Sequence record: ON190024.1 | Direction: 5' to 3' (one strand) | Length of the DNA stretch: 64,000 nt | In this document: in pieces, positions 24,006 to 32,883 of the stretch | Numbering within the stretch: position 1 is the first letter of the stretch | Layout of the letters: every line of letters starts with the position of its first letter | The notes under the pieces: generated by a model | The model's database searches: none | Told to the model about the DNA's origin: nothing | What the model saw: the letters and a program-made list of their open reading frames with translations, nothing else | Translations under genes and position numbers: made by a program

Positions 24006-24752
24006 TTAGAATAGACCTGAAATGGCTTCAGCGCCTGTATTGAAAAAGCTGTTATATGTTTTCTCGAAGTTTTGAGTAATACCCAGTTTATCCGAGATTG
24101 TGCTTGATAGATCTTCAGTCATGTATGTTGCGCTTTCGTAAACAAACTCGACTTCGAATTCAGCCACTGCGTTGTTATTCTCGTATCCTAACTGAACCCC
24201 ACCTACTCGAATTGGATACGCATTCTTCAAGCTAGTCATCGTAACCATTTCTGCGTTACGATTGTATGTGTAAATCTCAATTGTTCGAGCATAGTTCGAG
24301 AAGAAACCGACTTGAGCAGAATCATTCGAATAAATCTGCTTAAACCAACCAAGTAACATTTTACGTTCTGGGTGTGTTGGTGACAGATACAATGACATGG
24401 TCACTGTTTCGTCGGTTTTCGCTTTTACTACGTGATGTGGCTTACGTCGAGTTTTATCTACGTCAGTTTCGTATGACGACCCTGGGATATTAACTGATTT
24501 CACCATCATTCCGATGTTTCGTTCGAACTCAAACCCTGAGCCGAAAAGAGAAGCAGTTGACGCAAGGGCATCTTGTACCCCTACGCCTTTGATGTCTGAA
24601 AAGTCAGCATTCAAAAATGACTCGCCTGTATTCATCAACTGCTTTGCTGTATCTTGTAGCGATGCAAATCGCACCGCATACAAGTTTTGTCTGGCTAAGT
24701 CGTTCTTTGTAATTTGAGATAAGAACTTCTTAACATCTATTCCGATTGCCAT
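24006..24752 (-). CDS. 54: baseplate-tail tube initiator gp54
   Basis: DLARQNLYAVRF, tube-protein-like fold, FEVEFVY. Confidence 0.75.
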   Translation of the reverse strand: MAIGIDVKKFLSQITKNDLARQNLYAVRFASLQDTAKQLMNTGESFLNADFSDIKGVGVQDALASTASLFGSGFEFERNIGMMVKSVNIPGSSYETDVDKTRRKPHHVVKAKTDETVTMSLYLSPTHPERKMLLGWFKQIYSNDSAQVGFFSNYARTIEIYTYNRNAEMVTMTSLKNAYPIRVGGVQLGYENNNAVAEFEVEFVYESATYMTEDLSSTISDKLGITQNFEKTYNSFFNTGAEAISGLF

Positions 24753-24755
24753 TCG

Positions 24756-25352
24756 TTATCTCCTTCTATAACGATCATCGTAAGCACGAACAGCAGAAAT
24801 GTTGCGACCATTTTTAGCAACGAATTGTTGCAATGGCATGTGAATAACGTTGTACCAGTCATGTGGCTTGACTTCTTCAAGCGACCCTTTAATTCGCTTG
24901 AGAATGTATAATTTCACCATATGTTTACTGAACTTGATGTTTTTCACTCGACCCCAATCGATCATTAATCGTGTGGAGTTGCTCACTGTTTTCGTGTTAG
25001 CATATCTAAGTAATGTGGTTAAAAATTTCTCGCGATCTTTGGGTGGGATGTAATGCAAGTTCAAGCCTAGCATATAGCCTTTTTGTTGCCCCAAGCAGAT
25101 GATGCACGGAAATTTATCCCAGTATGGTAACTGGTGTTTAGTTTTTGCGTCGTACGCGAAAACATACATGTTGCCTTTGTGAGGAACTTGCACTTTTCGA
25201 CTACGAATTGCATCATGAACGCGCTTTTTGAACCACGCCAGTGATTTGCGCTGATTCTTTGCAATTGGAGTACGACCAAGCTCGTGTGTTTGAGCTTTGA
25301 AGCTGTCAAGAAGACTCTCTTTTTTCTTCTTTGCTCTTTCTGGTCTAGCCAT
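24756..25352 (-). CDS. 2: DNA end protector protein
   Basis: YDAKTKHQLPYWDKFP...GLNLHYIPP...VKLYI motif. Confidence 0.92.
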   Translation of the reverse strand: MARPERAKKKKESLLDSFKAQTHELGRTPIAKNQRKSLAWFKKRVHDAIRSRKVQVPHKGNMYVFAYDAKTKHQLPYWDKFPCIICLGQQKGYMLGLNLHYIPPKDREKFLTTLLRYANTKTVSNSTRLMIDWGRVKNIKFSKHMVKLYILKRIKGSLEEVKPHDWYNVIHMPLQQFVAKNGRNISAVRAYDDRYRRR

Positions 25353-25807
25353 TACACTCTCAGTCCTATTAGTTTACGAAGTCCGACTTCAGTCAAGACT
25401 TTGAATTGCCATCCCTTCTGCTTTGCGAATTTAATCGCAGCAGCCCACTTATCTTGGTTTACTTGATACGTATATATCTCTTTCAGTAAACGCTTCTTAG
25501 CTTTTTCAGTAAGTCTCTGTGGTTTCTCGGGTGGCAATGTTTCTTTGTTGGGTTTGATCTCGAATATGAATTCTCGACCGTCACTGAACTTCACGTAAAA
25601 GTCCATGAAATATCTACGTTTTTTCCCACCGTCAGCAGAACTAACATAAGGGATAACGATTTCTTCAGAGTTCCAGCGAACTACATGCGGGTTGTTGTCA
25701 CACCAGCGCATGAAAGACAATTCCCATGAGCTTCTGTACTCAATTTTCTGATAGTTGCCTTTGTATTTCGATTTGTTTGTTGGAACGTATTTGCCAGAAT
25801 ATGCCAT
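25352..25807 (-). CDS. 4: head completion nuclease
   Basis: MAYSGKYVPTNKSKYKG, YRSSWE, WNSEEIVIPY, YFMDF. Confidence 0.93.
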   Translation of the reverse strand: MAYSGKYVPTNKSKYKGNYQKIEYRSSWELSFMRWCDNNPHVVRWNSEEIVIPYVSSADGGKKRRYFMDFYVKFSDGREFIFEIKPNKETLPPEKPQRLTEKAKKRLLKEIYTYQVNQDKWAAAIKFAKQKGWQFKVLTEVGLRKLIGLRV

Positions 25808-25873
25808 AAAACGCCTCCTTTCATTTATTTAGTATCGAGTCTAAATACAGATATATTTTAAAGGAGATCTAAC

Positions 25874-27013
25874 ATGGGATTTTTAAGTTACGTCGGTCTT
25901 AACGGAAAACAAAGTGATACTCTTGATCGTGTACTGTCTTTTGATGGGGGCGTTGAAAGTAGCACAACTGAGATTACCCAAGACACAGATCAGGGCAGAG
26001 TTAGCACGTCTAATATAGTTGCACTGACATATCCGCCCAATCTTGGCGCGAGATCTGGACACTCGAACTTTTTTATTTTTCGAGCGTATGACTTGGCTAG
26101 CACAACAAAGCAACATTACACTGACATGCGGCAGTCATTCACAGCATCATCGAAAGAATCTAAGCAGGCGTCTGAAATTCCTAGTGAGTTGATGGCAACT
26201 ATGGCTCTTTACGCGCCAAACTTAGTTGAAGAAGTTTCGCATGAATATGACAAAACACCGACTTCAGTTTTAAATGACTTCTTAGCCGCAGCCGCTACAG
26301 CAGCCGGTGCAGATACTGTTTCTCAGGGTGTAGAAGCGGGTAAGAAAGCCGTAGCAACCGCAGCCGGTGCTACGTTAGCACAGATCAAGCGTTCATTCAT
26401 TCAATCAAATGCTGCCGGTCAGCTTGAGAAGAACAGCAGCGTAGTTACGGATAACGTTACTGTAACTGCATACAAAGGGACCGCTCAACGTCAGCAAACA
26501 TTGATGTATCAATTTCACCCGAAATCACTAGATGAACTGAAGATCGTCGGTGAGGTCATCAAAACATTCTATCGACTTTCTCTACCAGTGAAAGGTCAGA
26601 TTAGTTCTGATTTGCTAGATACTGGTAATGCTGCATTAGGTTCAGGGTTTTCAAATGGCTTTGCGAAGTATGCAACGCTATTGAAAACGCCGCCAGTGTG
26701 GATGATTGAAGAAGTTTCAGATGTTGACGCGACACGATACACCCCGCGATTCGTTTTCGGACCCGCGGGTATCACGTCAGTGAAATTAAACAGAACACCA
26801 GATCAGTATTGGCGCACATTTCGCGGTACAGCAGGCGACCCAGCAGGTATTGAACTTGAAGTGACATTCACTGAGCTTATCCCTATGGATCGTGCAATGT
26901 ACGAGCGAGATCAAGCAAGTAGCATTCGTGGTTACGACAACGGTACCACTACTGCAAGTGGTAACAGTAATGATTCTGGTTCATTCTTTGGTGATATTGG
27001 GAGTTTATTCTAA
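25874..27013 (+). CDS. 48: baseplate tail tube cap gp48
   Basis: FHPKSLDE, FGPAGITSV, LEVTFTEL motifs; divergent from gene 4. Confidence 0.8.
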   Translation: MGFLSYVGLNGKQSDTLDRVLSFDGGVESSTTEITQDTDQGRVSTSNIVALTYPPNLGARSGHSNFFIFRAYDLASTTKQHYTDMRQSFTASSKESKQASEIPSELMATMALYAPNLVEEVSHEYDKTPTSVLNDFLAAAATAAGADTVSQGVEAGKKAVATAAGATLAQIKRSFIQSNAAGQLEKNSSVVTDNVTVTAYKGTAQRQQTLMYQFHPKSLDELKIVGEVIKTFYRLSLPVKGQISSDLLDTGNAALGSGFSNGFAKYATLLKTPPVWMIEEVSDVDATRYTPRFVFGPAGITSVKLNRTPDQYWRTFRGTAGDPAGIELEVTFTELIPMDRAMYERDQASSIRGYDNGTTTASGNSNDSGSFFGDIGSLF

Positions 27014-27591
27014 TGATTTTCGCGATATTTGACAAGACTGAATATCTTGGTGTTGAGACTGCGAATATTTTCAAGAATTTGAATTATTATCATAAGCAGA
27101 TCATCCCATCATTCACGACTATTCAGTACAAAATCAGGGGCGACTATCGCCCCGAACAGATTGCATATGAACTGTATGGCGATACGTCGTTATACTGGTT
27201 GATTATGCTTCTAAACGAACGAGTTGACCCTTTTTATGATTGGGTTCAGCCCAACGAATCAGTTTCTGAGAACGCTATTTATCGTTATCAGTTTATTGGC
27301 GGCAACGAGCAAGTTCATCATCACGTAGATGAGCAAGGTCGATGGTGGTATGACGTGGTCGAAGACCCAGAAAATCCTCGAAATTGGTACAATAAATTCG
27401 ATTGGGAAAACAACGCGCCTGAAGAAGGGCAGGAAGATTATCGTGAGCTTCTATATCACGGCGTGATGATCCCTGTTTCCGTTGACGAATATGAATTCAA
27501 CCGAAACGAAGAAAATCGCGTAATCAATGTACTATCGAGGGATGATGTTAGTACATACATTAGCACATTCATGAAATTAGCAGGGGTATAA
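27013..27591 (+). CDS. 53: baseplate wedge gp53
   Basis: RPEQIAYELYGDTSLYWLIMLLN LysM-like motif. Confidence 0.9.
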   Translation: MIFAIFDKTEYLGVETANIFKNLNYYHKQIIPSFTTIQYKIRGDYRPEQIAYELYGDTSLYWLIMLLNERVDPFYDWVQPNESVSENAIYRYQFIGGNEQVHHHVDEQGRWWYDVVEDPENPRNWYNKFDWENNAPEEGQEDYRELLYHGVMIPVSVDEYEFNRNEENRVINVLSRDDVSTYISTFMKLAGV

Positions 27592-27592
27592 C

Positions 27593-28864
27593 ATGTTTGA
27601 AATGCGCTCCGCTAACCCAATTGAGAACTTTGTGGTTAGCAAGATTCACATACGCGGTCTTGATTTTGCGGCGTCGGTGGAGAATGAAATCACACACATG
27701 GAAATTTATGAATCGCTTAACGGGTTGGTTTCTGGCATGTTCATGTTCAAGGATTCGGTTGGCGTCGTTGACACAATTCGAATGACTGGATTTGAAGCAA
27801 TTGACGTTGAATTTGCGTCGTATGTCGGGGAGCAAGCAAACCGAGTCTATCAAAAATCATTTCGTGCAACGGGTATTTCTAGAATGCCTGCACGTACTGG
27901 TGGGTTTGAGACTGTATTGGTGCGTTTCACAAATAACTTACTGACTCTTAACGATTACGTTAAACGACCTTATGTATTCAAGAAGACTAGTATTTCGAAT
28001 ATCATAAAAGCGATTTTGGATAATCTGGGCGACGAGAAGCCAAAATATGAAATTGAAACGTCGTTATATCAACGTGATTTTGTGACTAAGATCGGTAAAC
28101 CGTATGACATCATCCAAAGCATTGTCGATCATGCTAGTACCGACGTGAATAATAGTTGTAAATTCATGTTCTATGAAGATCGCGACTCAGTTAAATTCGC
28201 ATCACTCGGGTCAATTCGTGACAAAGAATACGAATACATCATCCGTAAAGGTGCTGATACTGGCGATGGTAAATGGACATCGGGTAACACGAATACAATC
28301 ACAGCATTACGAGTTGTGGTGAAAGAACAATCTAATATGCACGAGATTTCTAGTGGTTTATTCGGTTCTAGAACATATTCTCATAGTTTAATTCGCAAGA
28401 AATTGACTACAAAAGATGTTCGTCGAAATGATTATATCGCGCAAGTTGGTATTTTGAATGACCGCGCTCATATGTACACGAATGAACTTGAGTTTGCAAG
28501 TGAAGTTCCTGAAACTGAACAGCCATTGAACAGTATTCAGCTACTACCAAACGATGGTTTTTACGAGCATGACAACAAACACCCACTAGGGTCTATTCAC
28601 GGCGTATCTCTTATGGAAGAGACGTATTTGAAAGCTAAACAGATCATCGTTGAAATACCCGGGAACACTAACATCACGGTTGGTGACGTTGTATTTCTTG
28701 ATTATCACGCGGTGACGGGTGAGAATCATTCTAGTTTAGACGCATCGGGTCGTTGGATTGTTCATGAGTTGAAGCACCGTGTTGAACCCAACTCATTTAT
28801 AACCACTCTTGAATTGTCTAGTGATTCATCGGTTAATATCGCAATTGCGGGGAGCAAGAAATAA
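27593..28864 (+). CDS. 27: baseplate hub gp27
   Basis: IYESL, FMFYED, IPGNTNITVGDV; precedes gp5. Confidence 0.75.
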   Translation: MFEMRSANPIENFVVSKIHIRGLDFAASVENEITHMEIYESLNGLVSGMFMFKDSVGVVDTIRMTGFEAIDVEFASYVGEQANRVYQKSFRATGISRMPARTGGFETVLVRFTNNLLTLNDYVKRPYVFKKTSISNIIKAILDNLGDEKPKYEIETSLYQRDFVTKIGKPYDIIQSIVDHASTDVNNSCKFMFYEDRDSVKFASLGSIRDKEYEYIIRKGADTGDGKWTSGNTNTITALRVVVKEQSNMHEISSGLFGSRTYSHSLIRKKLTTKDVRRNDYIAQVGILNDRAHMYTNELEFASEVPETEQPLNSIQLLPNDGFYEHDNKHPLGSIHGVSLMEETYLKAKQIIVEIPGNTNITVGDVVFLDYHAVTGENHSSLDASGRWIVHELKHRVEPNSFITTLELSSDSSVNIAIAGSKK

Positions 28865-30129
28865 TGTTTATGGGATTAGATGGGTTTGAGTGGTGGACTG
28901 GCGTTGTCGAAGATCGAACAACCGACCCACTCAAACTTGGTAGAATTAAAGTTCGAATGATTGGTCTGCACCCAGATAAGAAAAGTTCAGAACAAGGTAT
29001 TCGAACTGAAGAACTGCTTTGGGTTCATCCCATGCAGTCTCTTGATAATGCAGCAATGAACGGAATCGGGAATGCTCCTATAGGCGTCGTTGAGGGAACG
29101 TGGGTTTTTGGTTTCTTCAGAGACAAGTTGCGTCAAGATGCAGTCGCCATGGGTGTATTGCCCGGGATTCCCGAAGATTTGCCGAACGGTAGCGTTGGGT
29201 TTAATGACCCGAATGAGAAATATCCGTTAGCAGATAAGCTTAATGAGCCAGATACAAACCGTCTAGCTCGTAATGACGTTGATCCTGACGTATATGACGA
29301 AAGTCAATCTCAGACTGCGTTTGATAACGGTGAAGCGCCTTATGTATATCGACCGCACCCGATCATTGCAAGTAAAAGAGCGGCTGAAGAGAAAGAAATC
29401 CCGCTTGCTGGTTACAATGCAGAGGGTCCGAAGTATGATGAGAAAGCCACGCCGTATGCAGCACAGTATCCGTACAATCATGTTCGTGAATCAGAATCGG
29501 GTCACATTCATGAGATTGATGACACAGAGGGAGCAGAGCGTCTTCATACGTATCACAGAACTGGAACGTTTGAAGAAATTCACTCAGATGGTAGTCGAGT
29601 GACAAAGATTATAGGCGATGATTTTGAGATTGTACATAAGAATCAAAATGTGTACATCAAAGGCAACTTGAATATCACCGTTGTTGGCGACGCGACTTTT
29701 TACTGTCAGCAAAACGTTACTCAACAGATTGACGGAGACTTGAAACAGCACGTCAAGGGTAATGTTGATCAGCACGTCGAAATGAACGTGACTCAAACAG
29801 TTGACAAAGACGTTACGCAAGTCGTTCATCAGAACGTTACACAAACCGTCGATATGAATGTCACTCAGACAGTGCATCAGAACGTTACACAGACGGTTGA
29901 CGGGAATGTTAATCAAACTGTGGGCGGTAACGTTCAAAGTAACGTCACGGGCGATTACACGCAGAATATCAGCGGTAATTACACAATCACAGTGGGCGGT
30001 TCTATGTCTGAAAGTGTTAGTTCATCGTATACTCGTTCAGCAGCATCAATAAGTGATGATGGTGGTGGCGCAACTTTGAATTTAGCAGGTTCAGCAGCAT
30101 TGGACGGCACAACAGTAAGTCTAGGTTAA
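28864..30129 (+). CDS. 5: baseplate central spike gp5 (no lysozyme domain)
   Basis: N-terminal OB-fold (WWTGVVEDRTTDPLKLGRIKVR), HIHEIDDT, 8-residue beta-helix repeats. Confidence 0.92.
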   Translation: MFMGLDGFEWWTGVVEDRTTDPLKLGRIKVRMIGLHPDKKSSEQGIRTEELLWVHPMQSLDNAAMNGIGNAPIGVVEGTWVFGFFRDKLRQDAVAMGVLPGIPEDLPNGSVGFNDPNEKYPLADKLNEPDTNRLARNDVDPDVYDESQSQTAFDNGEAPYVYRPHPIIASKRAAEEKEIPLAGYNAEGPKYDEKATPYAAQYPYNHVRESESGHIHEIDDTEGAERLHTYHRTGTFEEIHSDGSRVTKIIGDDFEIVHKNQNVYIKGNLNITVVGDATFYCQQNVTQQIDGDLKQHVKGNVDQHVEMNVTQTVDKDVTQVVHQNVTQTVDMNVTQTVHQNVTQTVDGNVNQTVGGNVQSNVTGDYTQNISGNYTITVGGSMSESVSSSYTRSAASISDDGGGATLNLAGSAALDGTTVSLG

Positions 30130-30133
30130 TTGA

Positions 30134-30619
30134 ATGGCTAGTATTACACCAACAACATTGCCAATCATTGCAGAGGGTGAGAACGTCGATGTGACGTTCT
30201 TCGCTGTTATGGATGAAGGCGAAACATTGGTTGACATAAACATCACGAATTTTATACCAAATACGGGCATCACGATTGAGGGTGCTCGTTATTACGGTCA
30301 GTATCAGGATTCGTTTGATTTGGGACCCAGTGGCTTGAAGTATCGCGACACGCGAGACAATAGCTATCATGAAGTGAGTAAATTCAGTGATTTGCCAGCG
30401 AATCCGGCTCATGGTCACGTGTATCGCTTCGAAGCGCCTAGTCCGCTGTCAACTGATTACACATACGAAGTCACAGTCAATTACGAGTATGAAGATCCAC
30501 TTGTGCCTGGTGTTATCGAAGAGCGTCAGCTAATCGAAACATTCAGTCAGACCGTAAAGGGTAAATGGGATAATTGGGCACAACAACTTAGGGATTATAT
30601 AGCAACGGGAGGTAATTAA
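30134..30619 (+). CDS. gp5.1-like protein
   Basis: Position between 5 and 5.4; ends WDNWAQQLRDYI. Confidence 0.6.
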   Translation: MASITPTTLPIIAEGENVDVTFFAVMDEGETLVDINITNFIPNTGITIEGARYYGQYQDSFDLGPSGLKYRDTRDNSYHEVSKFSDLPANPAHGHVYRFEAPSPLSTDYTYEVTVNYEYEDPLVPGVIEERQLIETFSQTVKGKWDNWAQQLRDYIATGGN

Positions 30620-30915
30620 TGCCAGCTTTAGCAGGGGCAGACGAACCGACTACTGGTCACGGAACATATCCACCGACAGTAGTAACAGGGGGTAGCGGGA
30701 GAGTTACAGTACAAGGCAAACCTGCGTTATCAAAAGATAACATGGTTCATGTTACGCATTGTAACACAGTTCCGAATCATGATTGTCACGCCGGTAGTGC
30801 AGCAACGTTTAGTCCGAAAGTGTTTATTGAGGGGAGTAATGCAATCCGTATCGGCGACACATTGACGTGCGGCGATACGGTAGCAGGTGGTGCGGGGAAG
30901 GTTACTAGTTCGTAG
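30619..30915 (+). CDS. 5.4: PAAR-like spike tip (gp5.4)
   Basis: TTGHGTYPPT, HC...H, VFIEG..AIRIGD.LTCGD. Confidence 0.88.
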   Translation: MPALAGADEPTTGHGTYPPTVVTGGSGRVTVQGKPALSKDNMVHVTHCNTVPNHDCHAGSAATFSPKVFIEGSNAIRIGDTLTCGDTVAGGAGKVTSS

Positions 30916-31264
30916 CGTTGTGCGATTTGATTCGCTCTTCACTATTCAGAGTCGTAACGTCAACTTCTTCAGCTTTGAATGAATTATCGACCATTTTTGG
31001 TGCTTCGACAGTCGTCATTGGATCGACTTTGTATTTTGCAGTGTCGTTTACGACTTCGGTCGCTGTAGGGCGTGTGATTGGTGATGTGAACACTTTAAAC
31101 GCACCAGCAGCAAGTGTCAGAACTAGAGCTACTGCAATGATTTTGCCGTAAGGTAGTTTCAAATCAAACTTGAAGATCTTTGACAAGATGAACGCAACAA
31201 GCAAGATTAGCAGTAATGAAACGAATACGCCAACGACTGGTGCGAGAACTAATAAAAATTCCAT
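30905..31264 (-). CDS. small membrane protein
   Basis: Two hydrophobic helices. Confidence 0.7.
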   Translation of the reverse strand: MEFLLVLAPVVGVFVSLLLILLVAFILSKIFKFDLKLPYGKIIAVALVLTLAAGAFKVFTSPITRPTATEVVNDTAKYKVDPMTTVEAPKMVDNSFKAEEVDVTTLNSEERIKSHNATN

Positions 31265-31318
31265 TGTATTTTCCTATTTCGTGTGAAACAAAGGGGCGAC
31301 ATAGCCGCCCCGTTTTGA

Positions 31319-32194
31319 TTATTTAATCGGAGTTTGCACTGCGATTTTGTCAAGCATTTCGGTAGGTACGAATACCTTGTTGTTTGATTTCGCAAGCTCA
31401 CGTAGAGTTTTTTGCTCTTCTAGGAAGCGTACGTTGTTGTTCATCAGCTTGTCAGCAACCAGTTTCTTGGTTTCTGCTTCGTACAGTTCGATTTCGCGTT
31501 GACGTTTTGAAACTTCTTCACGAGTCGCAATCTGTAGCAGGTCAAGTTTACGTTGTGCTTTTACAGTATCTTCTTGCTGACGACGTTCAGCCGATGCTTC
31601 TTGCGCAGCAGTAATCGTTTTAGGGTAAACTACGTCAGTAACACCCACGACTTTAAGAACGAATGGCGTATCTTTCAGTTCTTGATTAAGACGCTGTTTC
31701 ACGAACTGGTTAAGCTTTTCACGGTTAGATGCGACTTCCGAAATGCTGTATTCAGCAATGATTGACGGAATAATCGTGTTCAGTTTAGCTCGTGCATAAC
31801 GAACGAACACATCTTGCTGTGAAATCACACCTAATTGATCAGTCTGCGATTTGAACGGCACCTTCGCAAAAACGAAGTTGTATTTCGCAGGATCGACCGC
31901 CATGGTCATTTCAACGTCGTACTTCAGCATTAGTTCGTCTTTCGGCATGAAAGTGTCAAACTTCATTTCGTAGAAGCTGTCAGATACATCAAGCAGTACT
32001 AGACGATCTGGGTAGCGCCATGCCCAATCAAGACGAAACTTAGATGGTTGACGTGGCTCTTGAGTCAAATCGAAGCCGTCTTTAGTCTGAATCTTACCAA
32101 CGAAGCCGGTTGGGATTTCAGCAGGAGTACCACAGCCAGTTAGTGCGAAGCCCAGTGCTGCTACTGAAAGAAGTTTAGCGATATTTTTAAACAT
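31319..32194 (-). CDS. SPFH/band-7 family lipoprotein
   Basis: Signal with lipobox ALTGC, PTGFVG, IAEYSISEVASNREKL, VVGVTDVVYPKTITAAQE and coiled coil. Confidence 0.8.
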   Translation of the reverse strand: MFKNIAKLLSVAALGFALTGCGTPAEIPTGFVGKIQTKDGFDLTQEPRQPSKFRLDWAWRYPDRLVLLDVSDSFYEMKFDTFMPKDELMLKYDVEMTMAVDPAKYNFVFAKVPFKSQTDQLGVISQQDVFVRYARAKLNTIIPSIIAEYSISEVASNREKLNQFVKQRLNQELKDTPFVLKVVGVTDVVYPKTITAAQEASAERRQQEDTVKAQRKLDLLQIATREEVSKRQREIELYEAETKKLVADKLMNNNVRFLEEQKTLRELAKSNNKVFVPTEMLDKIAVQTPIK

Positions 32195-32226
32195 GTTTTG
32201 CTCTCTTAGTTAAGTTGACGATGTGA

Positions 32227-32255
32227 ATGATACGTTGTGTAGTTCAGCATGTCAA
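32227..32255 (-). promoter_or_regulatory. sigma70-type early promoter for the SPFH cassette
   Basis: TTGACA-17 nt-TATCAT. Confidence 0.8.
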
Positions 32256-32348
32256 GTTGTTTTTCACAAATTTCTCATTTTGTTTGTGCGCTTCGTTGCG
32301 CTGAGGAGTACATAGTAGGCAAAACAAATACCCCTGTCAACACTTTTC

Positions 32349-32356
32349 TATAAATA
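32349..32356 (+). promoter_or_regulatory. late promoter TATAAATA (gene 25)
   Basis: Exact consensus. Confidence 0.8.
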
Positions 32357-32379
32357 AATTTAAAATTCGGAGAAAATCT

Positions 32380-32799
32380 ATGGCAATTGCAGAGTTGAAC
32401 ACTCTAAAGCCAGGGAGTTACTACTTCAGTGACATCCCAGCAAATTTCGGCAAGAGTGTTGTAAACAATGACTTGAGCGCATCATATGACTTGAAAGCAA
32501 TACAAGAATCAATCATCGGAATCGTGAGTACAAAGAAAGGCGAGCGACCTTTCAATCCCGAATTTGGATGTGACATCAGCAATCAGCTATTTGAAAACAT
32601 TTCGCCTGCAAGTGCGTTTGCAATCAAATACAGTATTGAGAACGCGATTTCTAAATGGGAACCGCGTGTGGTGATTCAAAAGATTGAAGTTCTACCGCTT
32701 TATGACAAGAACACATACGAAATTGTGGTTCAGTATCATCTACGCACCAACTTTGATCGACTGTTTGCGCTTAAAACAAGACTTGTGAATCGTCTTTAA
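32380..32799 (+). CDS. 25: baseplate wedge gp25
   Basis: AIQESIIGIVSTKKGERPFNPEFGC...WEPRV. Confidence 0.92.
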   Translation: MAIAELNTLKPGSYYFSDIPANFGKSVVNNDLSASYDLKAIQESIIGIVSTKKGERPFNPEFGCDISNQLFENISPASAFAIKYSIENAISKWEPRVVIQKIEVLPLYDKNTYEIVVQYHLRTNFDRLFALKTRLVNRL

Positions 32800-32883
32800 T
32801 GAACAGCCCGCCATTGTGCGGGCTTTTTTGTGCATTAAATATAAGAAACGAAATTTACATAATTTTACCAACAGGGGAATAAC

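Noticed and set aside
29584-29937. Antisense ORF with repeats opposite gp5
   Set aside because: Shadow of the gp5 beta-helix repeat codons.
20476-32799. Relocation of hub genes 26/51/29/54/48/27/25 next to 2-5 relative to T4
   Set aside because: As far as I recall this is a lineage-typical gene order for KVP40-like phages, not a new system.
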